From Somniosus microcephalus (lineage: Eukaryota), in the NCBI GenBank assembly GCA_052327205.1, contig CM126222.1, positions 59,334,001-59,398,000 of the forward strand: a stretch of DNA of 64,000 bases. Direction: 5' to 3'. How positions within the stretch are numbered: position 1 is the stretch's first letter; every line of letters begins with the position of its first letter. The translations under genes were made by a program, and so were the position numbers. The notes beneath the pieces are model-generated. The model worked only from the letters and a program-made list of their open reading frames with translations, had not been told where the DNA came from and ran no database searches. This document shows positions 21,879-33,967 of the stretch, one piece after another.

Positions 21879-23207
21879 ATTTTATATTATTATTTTATAA
21901 CATTCAAATGTTAATGATGTTTCCTCTTGTGAACTGATACAAGTCAGTACAAGGATGCTGTAAATAGAGTTATACATTTGTTAGTAGCACCTGCCCTGAC
22001 AGCCCAGACAAAATCAGGAATTTTGCATGTGGGGAATCACAGGGACCAACCTATTGCATGGTAGCATATTTTTCTTTAATTGTTGCTGCACTGTGCACAT
22101 GTTGTAAGTTACGTACAAATTATTGCAAGATGAATTTGTGTGCTTACGTTTGTGTGGGGGAGAGAACCTACTCGCGGCCTTGTTTTGCTTTGTCTTGCTT
22201 GGCACTGTGCCGTGACGTCAGTTGGTTGGAACGGCCAAGTTGCTGCAGTGGAATCCTTCTTTATAGTTTCTTCAGCATTGTTCCAACGCAACAAAACGTA
22301 CACCTATCTTTTCCAGAAAATTCCAGTTTGAAATGTCGTCCAGTATGACAGAATCGTTAAACACTTCTCTGTTGTGTACTTTTTATATTGCAGACTCCAG
22401 TACACCCAGCAGCTGTACACTTCCTTTACTGTTATTCCATCCAGCTGCATACTTTCTACTTAATATCTGAATCTATGATGCCATTGCACAGCCAGCAGCT
22501 CTCAAACAGCTGAATCATTAGCCACTTTTGGTGGCCTTCTGCCAAAAAATGAGCAATGCATTGTAAAAGGAAAGACTCAGTCCTGTCTGAGAAGCTGTAC
22601 AGCATTTTTGGACAGTAGCTGGTGCACATTTAATGGGATTAGGGTGTATGGTCTCCATCTTAGCTGCTTGCTGAGAGGAAGGGGTGTATGGCAAAAGCTT
22701 AAAAGCTTGGCTCCCACTCACAGAGAAGTTAAGCCAAGATTTCAATCATTTTAAACCATCTCTTTTTAATGCTTTCAATGTGTTACAAACTTACATCATT
22801 AATTTTATTGTGTATTGCTGTGTTTTTAAAAGGGAGGTGTGTAAGTCTTAACCAATGTGAGATGTATTTTTTTTTATAAGAGTATTGAAGCTAAGTAGGG
22901 GAGAGTACACACATATCTATTCCCAAACTGCTCTTTCTGACCAAATAAGATACATATACAGAAGATATTTGATCTAATATTGTCCTTGGAAGCTATACAA
23001 TAAACATGGTGCAAAGCCATGTTTTACATGGTTTCTGTATCAATGATGCAGTCTAAACAATGAATATCAGATTGAACCTATGATGCATCAGAGAGCACTC
23101 TAGCGAAGGGGTACCGCATGTTGTATCTAGCATGAAGATGACAATACAGTAAGTGCTAATCATATTTTATTGGTTGGACTTCAATTGATGGTGGATTACA
23201 TAGTACC

Positions 23208-23350
23208 TAGTATTTACAGCACACAAACAGGCCACTTGGCCCAACAGGTCCATGCCGGTGTTTATGCTCCACACGAGCCTCCTACCACCTTTCTTCATCT
23301 AACCCCATCAACATATCCCTTTATTCCTTTCTCTCTCATGTGTTTATCTT
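23208..23350 (-). mobile_element. CR1-like 3' tail fragment
   Basis: TACAGCACACAAACAGGCCACTTGGCCCAAC... is the reverse complement of a CR1-type 3'UTR. Confidence 0.6.
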
Positions 23351-23464
23351 GTTGAGCAAGATTTGATAGTAAATTGCATGCTCAAATCCACAAGTTTAAA
23401 ACAGACTGACCTATTTGCTGCAGGGCTAGCATAATTCTTTTGTACCATTGTTACTATCACAGGA

Positions 23465-23755
23465 TCTACCACCTAGAAGGACAAGGGCAGCAGGCGCATG
23501 GGAGCACCATCACCTGCAAATTCCCCTCCAAGTTACACACCATCCTGACTTGGAAATATATTGCCGTTCCTTCATCGTCGCTGGGTCAAAATCCTGAAAC
23601 TCCCTCCCTAACAGCACTGTGGTGGGAGTACCTTCACCGCAAGGACTGCAGCGGTTCAAGAAGGTGGCTCACCACCACCTTCTCAAGGGCAATTAGAGAT
23701 GGGCAATAAATGCTGGCCTTGCCAGCGACGCCCACATCCCAGGAATGAATACATT
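23465..23755 (+). mobile_element. 3' fragment of the same LINE family as 27450-28490
   Basis: Near-identical to 28205-28480. Confidence 0.85.
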
Positions 23756-24183
23756 TTTTTAAAAGATCATAGATGACATCATGAAGAACAGCTCAGCAAC
23801 ATGAGCAATCAGTGCTGGCAACCGTACTATTCTTCCTGGTTGTTTGTTTCACAAATTCAAGAACAACCATCTTCTGTGTGAGAGATAATATAATCTAACC
23901 AGGTCAAGTGATCAGGTTGGATGGTCTTTGATGTTTGCAGAATTTTCATTCTATGATTTAGAAATATTCTTCGGCTTTGTAGATTTTATTTTCTGTTTAA
24001 TAACATCCATCTCTTGAAACCTGATAGAATCATTTTGGCAGATATTAGATGAAAATAGATATTTTGAGAATTGAAGAAGGTCTCTGGGTGTTCGCAAGAC
24101 TCTTCCAATCCTAGTGTACCGCAAGTTACTGATCTGAACTGTAAATGCGGGAGCCTTCTGAATAATTTGAGTTGAGAAACACT

Positions 24184-24670
24184 GGCCCCGATATTATCTC
24201 GGTGGCGCTTTTGGTGCGGGGGTTAAGGGGGGGTTTGGGGGCAGTTATGAACCGGAAACTTGGAAATACAGATTTCACAAATGTCCTGCAGGGGAGGTTT
24301 TACAGGTAAGCTTGTTGGGCCTGGAGTGAACACGCCTGCTCCTCCTGGCCCACAAGCAGTGCTGTAAAGGCACCTACCTTATGTGGATCCAGCCCTTCTC
24401 GCCTCCATTTACCTGCCGGGTTTTCCGAGGCCTGGGAAACCCAGCTGACTGGTTAAAAATAGCAACACTGTTAAAATGGAGGCACACAGCCTCCTTAAGA
24501 GGTTACAACATCCGATACGCCTCCTGTGAGTGGATTGGTCGCCCGCCCGCCCCTTGTCCCACCTCCAGAAGTGGGTGAGTTCAAGGCGAGTTGGGTGCCT
24601 GTTTCAGATTTTTTTTTTAACCTCCCACCTGAATCAAACCCACCCGTTTTTGGGGTTTAAAATTACCCAC
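24184..24670. mobile_element. MITE related to 17971-18766 (opposite orientation)
   Basis: The right end (revcomp GTGGGTAATTTTAAACCCCAAAAACGGGT...GGTGGGAGGTTAAA) matches the left end of the 17971 element. ACT flanks both sides. Confidence 0.7.
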
Positions 24671-26740
24671 ACTGTTTCTGCACATTTCCCCAAAGATACG
24701 TTAGAATATTCAGCTGTAAAAAAAATTATGGAAAGACATTTTTGCAAGTTATGTAATGGAAAATATGCTCATATTTAGAAAGCTGCAGAGAATTTTCAAT
24801 GTGGGTGTAACATGAGAACCCCCCAGGCCCTTTACATTGTTACAAACAGACTGCCATAGACTGAGAAATTACATGTGACATTAACATTCATATTTTCGGA
24901 AACCTCCATGATAGTAGTTGTTGAATACACAAGGAAATGTTTACATTATTGGTGCAGAACCACAACTATATTCCCCAAGGATTAATGCAATATCACCACA
25001 GTCCTGTGCAGAAATTCATTATTCATTTCTTTGATTAGCAGGGGAAGACCAACGTTTTATATATTTTCAACTCACACAGGACAAGTTATGATGTAAGTAA
25101 ATGTTTTCAACTTTTATAAAGCTGTTTACATCAAATGAGTGTTGTTTGGGGAAATTGCTCATTATCCTCAGATTTAGGGCTGACTCCAAGGTGATCTACT
25201 GCTTGAATTACCACTTCATTTCTTGGGTAATGTTGGTCATCTGTGGGCAGGTGGTCTTCAAGTCAGATTTCAGTGTGTGACGGCATTGGCATGTATGATC
25301 TGATATCCTGAGATGGGCTCAATTTTCCAGTGCTTGGAGCCTGAGTCATGGATGTCAACTACAATGTCAAGTGAGACTCTGAACACAGGATACTCATCAA
25401 ATTTAATCTGAATGCCAGCTGATCTGTTTTCCACAGTAATTGAATTTACATTTAGAATTCTACTGCAGGATGTTGCCTCCAAGTTTAAAGTGTCGTCTAA
25501 GATTTCCTCATGCAATTTAACCGACGTGCCTATCAGACACTTACACTTGACAGATCAGAATTCCTAATATTAGGGAAATACTAGGAGTGTGATTTATGAT
25601 TAAATAGTGTGAGACAATATATGGAGCTGTACTTATTATTCAGTGTGAGATGAAATGCATCAAAATAGATTAAACTAAGGGCCATTTGTTTACAATGACT
25701 GAAAAAGTCAAATTCTATTTATTAACTTGGCATTTCAGCATTTTTACCAAAGTTTAGAGGATCAATTCTGTAGGTTATACTATTAAACCAAAATGATCAA
25801 GGTCTAAATTTGTGCTATCAGAGACTCTACTCACTCAACCTTCTGACACAGTCAACCAAAGGGAAAACCTCCAGTCAGATAAAGCTGTGTGAAATTACTC
25901 TCCATGCCCTGCAGGTGATCAGCATATTTATCCAACCTTACAATCCACACAATTCAAGTTTGACCCAGCTGCATTCAACAGAAGATGCATCTCTGGTTCC
26001 AACCATATAGGAACGATCATGTTCTGTGTAATATTTGAAAATCTAGGTCTAGCTTTATCATCGTAACCTTTATTCCAGTTTCAAACAGGTATTTATCCAG
26101 CTCTTTTCTGAAATGAATTATTAGTCATAACGTTCACTGCTTTTGATGAAAGTCTGTATTCACCCATATATAGAGGAAAGATTAGTCCAATTTCTTGTCT
26201 AGCTGTAGGCTTGTTAATTTTGTACATTGTGTCCTCAGTTCTGTGATTACAGTCTAAATTAAATAATATGCTTACATCTACCTACTCCATGGCCCTTGTC
26301 ACTTTGAAGACTCATTACACCTCAGCACAGCTCTTTCAGTGAAAACAAATTTAGTTCCGAGTCTCTCTTCATGACTTAGAGTCCTAAAATCCACTGATGT
26401 CACTGTTCTCATTCCCTAAACTATCTCCAGATCTTTTTTCTTTGAATATTTTGGCCTTTTTAAGGGGCAAATTCCAAGATAATAAAATTCTCATGTATGC
26501 CTTTCAGACCTTAAACAAAATCCCATCTAGTATTGCATAAGTGCATGTTATCAGGAAATAATCTACACATATACTGGTTGAGAATGACTTAGATGACTTT
26601 GAATCAGGGCAAGCCAGTTTGCAAAGATCTCCCAGAGTGCTTTTCAGGCCGCTTGCCCACTTGTGAGCCCTGAGCGCATGCCAGACTGCCCTCAAGTGTC
26701 CCAACCACAATTCCATTGCATGCTCCCAGACACCAGCACT

Positions 26741-27180
26741 TGTCAACCTTGGTTCATTGGTAGCACTCTGGTCTCTGAGTCAGAGGGTAGAAGGTTCAAG
26801 CCCCACTGACTTGAGCACGTAATCTAGACTGACGCTTCAGTGCAGAAATTATGGAGTGCTGCTCTATCCGAGGTGCCAGCTTTCAGATGAGATGTTAAAT
26901 CGAGGTCCTGTCTGCCTGCTGAGGTGGATGTAAAAATTCCGGTGGTCCTATTTGAAGAGGAACAGGGGACTTCTCCTGCTGTCCTGGCCAACATTTATTC
27001 CTCAACCAGCGCCACAAAAAACAGATTATCTTGTCATTTATCTCATTGCTGTTAGTAGGATTTTGCTGTGCACAAATTGGCAGCGGTGTTTTCTACATTA
27101 CAACAGTGACATTCATTGACTGTGAAGCGCTTTGGGACATCCTGAGGTCATGAAAGAGGCGATAAAAATTTAAGGTTTTT
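26741..27180 (+). mobile_element. DeuSINE, older diverged copy
   Basis: Co-linear with 1043-1490 but with many substitutions. Confidence 0.8.
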
Positions 27181-27449
27181 TTCTCCTTTTAGTTCAAAGA
27201 TGCTCAATTTGGTGATCTGAGAATTCACTTTTAGCACTAAATTCTTCCTTTCCTTTGTTATTTATGTTACATAATTCAAGTTCCTGGATAATTCAAATTG
27301 TTTAGAGCTAAAATTGACTGAATTATCATAAATAGATTGTATAACATCTAACATGATTTGTGTAATTTGTTTAAAACATTTTCCGTTTGCAAGTAACAAT
27401 TGAACGGTATCTTTAGTTGTTTATATTCTGATAATTCATACTCAGCACA

Positions 27450-28490
27450 AAGGAAGATGGTTGCAGTTGTTGGAGGTCAATAATCTCAGCCCCAGGACAT
27501 CGCTGCAGGAGTTCCTCAGGGCAGCATCCTAGGCCCAACCATCTTCAGCTGCTTCATCAATGACCTTCCCTCCATCATAAGGTCAGAAGTGGGGATGTTC
27601 GCTGACGACTGCACAGTGTTCAGTTCCATTCGCACTCCTCAGATAATGAAGCAGTCCATGCACGAATGCAGCAAGACCTGGATGACATTCAGGCTTGGGC
27701 TGGTAAGTGGCAAGTAACATTCGCGCCACACAAATGCCAGGCAATGACTATCTCCAACAAGCGAGAGTCTAACCACCGCCCCTTGACATTCAATGGCATT
27801 ACCAACACCAAATCCCCCACCATCAATATCCTGGGGGTCACCATTGACCAGAAAATTAACTGGACTAGCCACATAAATACTGTGGCTACAAGAGCAGGTC
27901 AGAGGCTGGGTATTCTGCAGCAAGTGTCTCACTCCCCAAAGCCTTTCCACCATCTACAAGGCACAAGTCAGGAGTTTGATGGAACACTCTCCACTTGCCT
28001 GGATGAGTGCAGCTCCAATAACACTCAAGAAGCTTGACACCATCCAGGACAAAGCAGTCTGCTTGATTGGCACCCCCGCAACCACCTTAAACATTCACTC
28101 CCTCCACCAGCGGCGTACCGTGGCTGCAGTGTGTACCATCTACAAGATGTACTGCAGCAACTCGCCAAGGCTTCTTTGGCAGCACCTCCCAAACCCGCGA
28201 CCTCTTCCACCTAGAAGGACAAGGGCAGCAGGCGCATGGGAACACCACCACCTCCAAGTTCCCCTCCAAGTCACACACCATCCTGACTTGGAAATATATC
28301 GCCGATCCTTCATCGTCGCTAGGTCAAAATCCTGGAACTCCGTCCCTAACAGCACTGTGAGAGTACCTTCACCACACGGACTACAGCGGTTCAAGAAGGC
28401 AGCTCACCACCACCTTCTCAAGGACAATTAGGGATGGGCAATAAATGCCGGCCTTGCCAGCGACGCCCACGTCCCAGTAAAGAATTTTTT
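27450..28490 (+). mobile_element. CR1-group LINE 3' fragment with RT core
   Basis: GVPQGSILGPTIFSCFINDLP...MFADD followed by frameshifted C-terminal RT ORFs. Tail shared with the SINEs at 4680 and 8844. Confidence 0.88.
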
Positions 28491-28664
28491 TTTAAATTGA
28501 CACATATGTTTATTTATTGTCTATTTGCTGTAAACTTCAAAATACTCCAGTTTAAAAATGTTTATTTCATAAATTAGACCATAATTTTGTTTTAACATTA
28601 CACAGGCAGCTTCAAATCCATCTCTATCACATGTGCCCAATTACAGATAAAGTCAGGTGATAAA

Positions 28665-28878
28665 GCTGCCTCACTGCCTTGGTTGGTAAATGCACTTCCC
28701 AGTGTGGAACTGAACCATACAGCCCAAGAAGGTCGCATGACTTGATCCCTAGTCTGTGCTGAGTTAACTTATCCCAGTCAAGGCTGTTAGGAGTGGGACA
28801 AGTGGTCTTTAGCTAAGGAAGGGAAAAACGAGCACAGTTTCCCATTCCTGATTCCCATCCAGTGACTCCTGCTGTAAA

Positions 28879-28934
<56 letters not shown>

Positions 28935-29122
28935 AGGACAGGGTTAATCTTGGCTGTCATGTGCCCTGCAGTCGAATAGCTTGTTGGCATTGTTTAGGCT
29001 CACACATGAAGAATGGACACTTGATTGAGGTACCCGAGGACACCTGGTGCCTCTGGAACTGTACCTCTGCACGAGTCAGTGCCTGAAGGAGAGGATGGGA
29101 GAAAATCAGAAGGATAAAAAAT
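28665..29122 (+). mobile_element. tRNA-derived SINE-like element (family not named) containing a (TG)n microsatellite at ~28880-28929
   Basis: Head GTTGGTAAATGCAC...; GGCTCACACATGAAGAATGG motif and purine-rich A tail. Related degenerate copies at ~35300-35430 (+) and ~37260-37590 (-). Confidence 0.6.
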
Positions 29123-29173
29123 AGACAATAAAATGTGTCACTTTTTACTCTTGTGCCATATTTATGATACTGT

Positions 29174-29357
29174 GGCCCTGATATTACACCATGGGATATT
29201 AGCAGATGTTGAAATTCCTCGCTCCACTATTTTAGCGACCATGTTAACACATTTAAAGTAAATGGATTAATACCTTCCTAAAACTGGGGAGAGAGGAGTT
29301 TTATGTACATGTGTTATGCATTTGCCCACTAGTATTCCACAGTGTAATTTCAGGGTC
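29174..29357. mobile_element. Palindromic MITE
   Basis: GGCCCTGATATTACACCATGGGATATTAG versus revcomp GACCCTGAAATTACACTGTGGAATACTAG. Confidence 0.7.
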
Positions 29358-29853
29358 TCTGTGTTTGTTTCCAGTACTTACTTAGCTGTAAGCTGTCATC
29401 ATTTACTTTGGAAGTTCTGGCAACGCACTGACATCAGAGGCTAACACTAAACATATTAGAAAAAAGAGTTATTCCTAACTAAAACTTATCTTCTTTAGAA
29501 TCTAGTTAAGATGAACTAATTTACATTGGTCTGTTCTATATTCCATTCACATCTCTACACACAGCAACATTCTATCTATAGACTTAATAACGTCAGCTCT
29601 TCATGTCAATTAATTGCCTACATTTGCAAATCATGCTCATTGAATAAGAAATGTATGGTACAACATTACATGATATAGCGATTACAGACAAAACAGAAGA
29701 AATGAGATGCAGAAATAATACGCTCCGCCTATAATAAATTCTGTGCTAGTATAGTGGTTGTAGTAGAACCATGCAAGAGTTATACTTGGTATCTATGTGG
29801 GTTATACAACATCTACACTGAATCTATACTAGCACTGTACAAGGTCTCTATGC

Positions 29854-30304
29854 GAAAGAAAGAAAGACTTGCATTTCTATAGCGCCTTTCACAACCTCAG
29901 AATGTCCCAAAGCGCTTTACAGCCAATGAAGTACTTTTAAATGTAGGAAATGCGGCAGCCAATCTGCACACAACAAGCTCCTACAAACAGCAATGTGATA
30001 ATGACCAGATAATCTGTTTTTGTTATGTTGGCTGAGGGATAAATATTGGCCAGGACACCAGGGAGAACTTCCCTACTCTTCTTCGAAATAGTGCCATGGG
30101 ATCTCTTACGTCCACCTGAGAGAGCAGATGGGGCCTCGATTTGACATCTCATCTGAAAGACGGCACCTCCGACAGTGCAGCACTCCCTCAGCGCTGCACT
30201 GGAGTGTCAGCCGAGATTTATTACGTGCAAATCTCTGGAGTGGGACTTGAACCCACAACCTACTGACTGAGAAGTGGGAGTGCTGCCAACTGAGCCATGG
30301 CTGA
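29854..30304 (-). mobile_element. DeuSINE, full length
   Basis: Reverse-complement copy of the 1043-1490 family. Confidence 0.87.
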
Positions 30305-30947
30305 TCTTTACCAAGTATGTTAGGTCCGTGTGAGAGCTGTATGAAGGCAGTTGCTGAATCTTCTGTTGAGGGTTTGAAGTATTAATGCTATTTTTTAACT
30401 TGTTCCATTTCTTAATATTTTCCTCCCCCTCTATTTGTTATAACCTAGGATATACACCAATCCATGGGTAAGAGGTTAGGCACATATTCCAGGAGGATTC
30501 ACTCACATACTCATTTTCCCTGTATAGGAGGTGCTTTCCCCTCCCTCCACTGGTGCAGCTGCAATCAGGCATCCGTAGTGGAGGACGATTTCTCCTGATT
30601 GCTATTTTAGCAAGGTTATAAATATGCTCTTTTAACATACATTTACAATTTTGCTACAATTTGAAATCAGAGGAAATCTTCCCACAGTGTGGGGAAATCG
30701 CAGGAGTGAGCCACATTGTACCGTCCATGTGCTGCACTATCACACTGGCATGGCCTAGGTGTTTCTAAAGCAGAAACTTCAAACCTTCATCATCGTTTCT
30801 ACGTGAAGGGAAGTAAAATCATCTCTGATGGGGAAATAGATGATGACAATCAGTGAACGAATCAACATTGTGATCAGTGAGATCATTTTGGAGTCATCCC
30901 AAAACTGCAATTGGTGGGAGAAATTAATATTGTACTTTGCAAAAGAG

Positions 30948-31131
30948 TTAATATTGATAATAGCAGGCAGAACATCAATGTTATTTGCAAAAGTGAAATA
31001 GTGCTGAGTGGATTGGAGCACTGACATGCCGTGCCACAGAATGTAAGGCTGTGGGTTCTCTTCCGCATTCCTGCACACACGGAGTTCCCAGTCTTAACTG
31101 TGCAGGTGTAGTGAGGCAAGGTGTGGAGTCC
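30948..31131 (+). repeat. 184-bp direct repeat, copy 1 (left of Harbinger)
   Basis: Aligns without gaps to 33784-33967 with ~17 mismatches. Confidence 0.93.
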
Positions 31132-31628
31132 AGGGGTGCGAAATTGGGATCGGTAGCGCCTGTTGTTTGGATGCTATGGGTGCCATTTTGGGGAACAAAA
31201 TGGCGTTCAATGTGCGAACACTTCTGCCATGATTTGCGCTGGACACCATATTAGTTAAGGTGTTAGTGTGCGCAGATAATGTCTGCTGGAAGTATGCAGA
31301 GCAGGCAGATTATGACGTCAATCAGTGTGACACCAGCGCTGCCATTTTGGATCTCAAAGCTCCAACCGACGCCCTCTCTTAACCTTGTATGGCTGAACAC
31401 GCATTAAGCAGCAGGAAGGATTCCCTACCAGCACTATTTAAAGGGATCATCAACTACTTACAGGTTAGTTGCTGGTTGATTTCTTCTGGCTGCTGGTATG
31501 ATTCTACAAATGTTTGGTGCTTTCCATAGTTTTTACAAGTTGCAAAAGTCTACAGGGAGTGATGTGGCAAGTGCCAAAGGACTTTTTCCTGATTTCAAAG
31601 CTTCTGCACAAACCAGTTGCTGCCAGAC

Positions 31629-31785
31629 ATGGGTGCACTAGTAGGCAATTCCCTTGGAATCGAGCATGACTGGGAGAATGAGCAGAGGCCATGCAGAGCA
31701 GGACAAGTTGCTAGAAGAGGGAGGAAGAGGAGAGGGAGAATGGCTTTTATCAGAAGGGCTTATTCACCCAGGGTGTTCAGGGAGC
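31629..31785 (+). pseudogene. N-terminal stub of HARBI1-like Harbinger transposase
   Basis: MGALVG...RRGRKRRGRMAFIRRAYSPRVFRE resembles the basic RR.Y.PRVFR N-terminus of vertebrate Harbinger transposases. The catalytic DDE region is absent. Confidence 0.55.
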
Positions 31786-31799
31786 TGGTGGAAGGTCGC

Positions 31800-33516
31800 T
31801 GACTTTTAGTGGAGGAGACCGCAAATGGCCTTGGAGGATGACCTCGAGCGATGACCTCGAGCATCTCTGGGCCTAGAAGACCTGGCTGCAGAGTGCACTA
31901 TCTCGGCATGGGTGGCAGCAGTCTGGGCTGGCTCGCTGACAGGCAACAGCAAGGGCACTGGCGGAGTGGCAGGGGTGGAAGCACGAATCCTGAGAGAGGA
32001 CAGCAGGTTCTTGCTCCATGGAGCCACTGCCACTCCCCCAGGGCGGTGCCTCAGCAATCCTACTAATGTGTTGAAGGACAGATTGCTGGACTGCTGTGAC
32101 ACCCTGCAAGGCCCTTTGAACACTGTAATCCACAGCCATGATGGCAGCAGTCTAAGCTTGCACGACAGCCATCTGAGCTTCCACTGCAGCACTCAGACAT
32201 TGGGTGGCTGCTGCTTCTGCTGCAATGGAAGTTGTGACATCGGCCATCAGACGCTGCATCATGGTTGGGTCCACAAATGTGTGAAAGGAGTTGGCCACCA
32301 CTTCCATGCTGGAAAGGATGGGCTCCAAGCTCTGCACAAAGCCCTGTGCCAAGTTGGTGCCGGACTCCTCCATGCTCCATGCTTTCTGGCAGGCTTCCCA
32401 ATGCACCAAGCATTTCATTGTGTATACCCATCAGCCTTCTTCTGTAGGCTGCCCCATCAAAGTCCTCATCTGAGTCCTCTGTAGCGGAAGCCGTGTGCGA
32501 TCTCGCCTTCCGTGTCTCACCACGTGTAGATCCCGCCTCTAATCTATCCTCTAAGATACGGGCAGTGTCAGTATCTGAGCTGGTGGCTGCGAGTGTGAGA
32601 TCAAGGAACGGTGCTGTGTCTTCATCATCACTCTCTTCTTCCTGTTCCTCCACTGCCTGGCCACATTGCACCTCTTGGGTACCTGAAAGGAAAAAGGCAC
32701 AAGGGTAAGGTTGTGGTGAGGGGAGGGGGGGAAGAGATGCGTGCTTACACCATCTGCAGCTTGTAAATCAGAGGAGATTGTGGGATGGGAGGAAAGTGGG
32801 ATGTGAGAAGGAGGATTAAGTATAAGGATACCGTCACCTTTGATGGTTTCAGCCCCACCACAGGCCACGGCCTCAGCAATGGCCATTCCCATAATAGCCA
32901 GCACCGTCTCCTCTGTGGGGATTAGGACATGCAGACGCACCTGTCCCCTTCTGGGTAGTCCCTGCTGCCTCCGGTGTGCACCACCATGTCCTGCAAGAGA
33001 GAAGGAAGTGTGTCAGTGAGTGTCGTGCAATCTGTTTGGGTGATGTGGCCATCATGGTTGAATAGTTGGCAGTGTGTGCAAGCTGTGTGATGTGGGTGTG
33101 AGGCTTGCAGCAATGCTAAGTGTGTGTGGGCGCGGTGGAGCATATGAATGTTAGGTGTGAGTCCTGATTGATACGGATTGTTTGTTGGTGAGTGATGGGG
33201 GTGTGGTGAATTGAGGAGTGTCTGAGGCTAGTGGTGCAGTTGGTAGGATATGGCATTTGAAGATGCATTAATTGACCTTGACCACTCATGTGAGGTCATT
33301 ATACTTCTTGCGGCACTGCATCCAGGTCCTTCGGACTAGACTCCTGGCATTGACCTCCACAGCTATCTACTCCCACTGCCTTTTGAGCGTGTGTCACCTG
33401 GCCCTCCTGTCCCCCTGTGGATACAGGACATCTCTCCTACTTTCCACCTCCTCCACCAAGGCCTCCAGTGCAGCATTCGAAAATGTTGGAGTCTGCTCTC
33501 TCCCATGTTGTGCCAT
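31800..33516 (-). pseudogene. Harbinger Myb/SANT-like (NAIF1-type) DNA-binding protein pseudogene, 3 exons
   Basis: Exon 33516-33277 reads MAQHGREQTPTFSNAALEALVEEVESRRDVLYP...W E*IAVEVNARSLVRRTWMQCRKKYNDL with 3 stops. Further exons at ~32990-32832 and from 32682 (acidic EEQEEESDDED) have GT/AG boundaries. The 3' end is approximate. Confidence 0.8.
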
Positions 33517-33783
33517 TCTTCACTGTTTTCCAGGTCAGCTTCACTTCTTGCATGACTGCTGACACCTGCTGCAGCCACAGAGCACCTCCCCTTTAAGAGC
33601 TGCAGGCTAGCTTTAAGCAGTGCAGACTAGCTTTAAGTAGTGCTAGCAAGTATCGATTTTGGGCCTGCTGCTGATGTGCGCAGCCAATGAATAGTGCGAT
33701 TAGCATAGGCTGCATGCAGAAATCATTATAATGAGCAGGGAGCACGAGGTTGGTGTTTTCGGGGGCTATTGAATTTAGACCAC

Positions 33784-33967
33784 TTAATATTGACAGTAGC
33801 AGGTGGAACATCAATGTTAGTTGAAAGAACAAATTAGCGCTGAGTGGATTGGAGCACTGACATGCTGTGCCACAGAATGTAAGGCTGTGGGTTCACTCCC
33901 ACATTCCTGCACACACGGAGTTCCCAGTCTTAACTGTGCTGGTGTAGTGAGGCAAGGTGTGGAGTCC
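33784..33967 (+). repeat. 184-bp direct repeat, copy 2 (right of Harbinger)
   Basis: Aligns without gaps to 30948-31131. Contains tRNA-like A/B-box motifs. Confidence 0.93.

Larger units (their letters stand above)
31133..33783. mobile_element. Internally deleted PIF/Harbinger DNA transposon
   Basis: Degenerate TIR-like ends (GGGGTGCGAAATT and revcomp GTGGTCTAAATT). Contains convergent remnants of a transposase N-terminus (+) and an intron-containing Myb/SANT gene (-), the two-gene layout typical of Harbinger. Confidence 0.8.

Noticed and set aside
31800-33516. Functional domesticated NAIF1/MSANTD-like host gene
   Set aside because: Three in-frame stops in the Myb exon and frameshifts downstream.
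30948-33967. LTR retrotransposon or TRIM interpretation of the 184-bp direct repeats
   Set aside because: No TG..CA termini, PBS, PPT or outer TSD. The interior is a DNA-transposon derivative.
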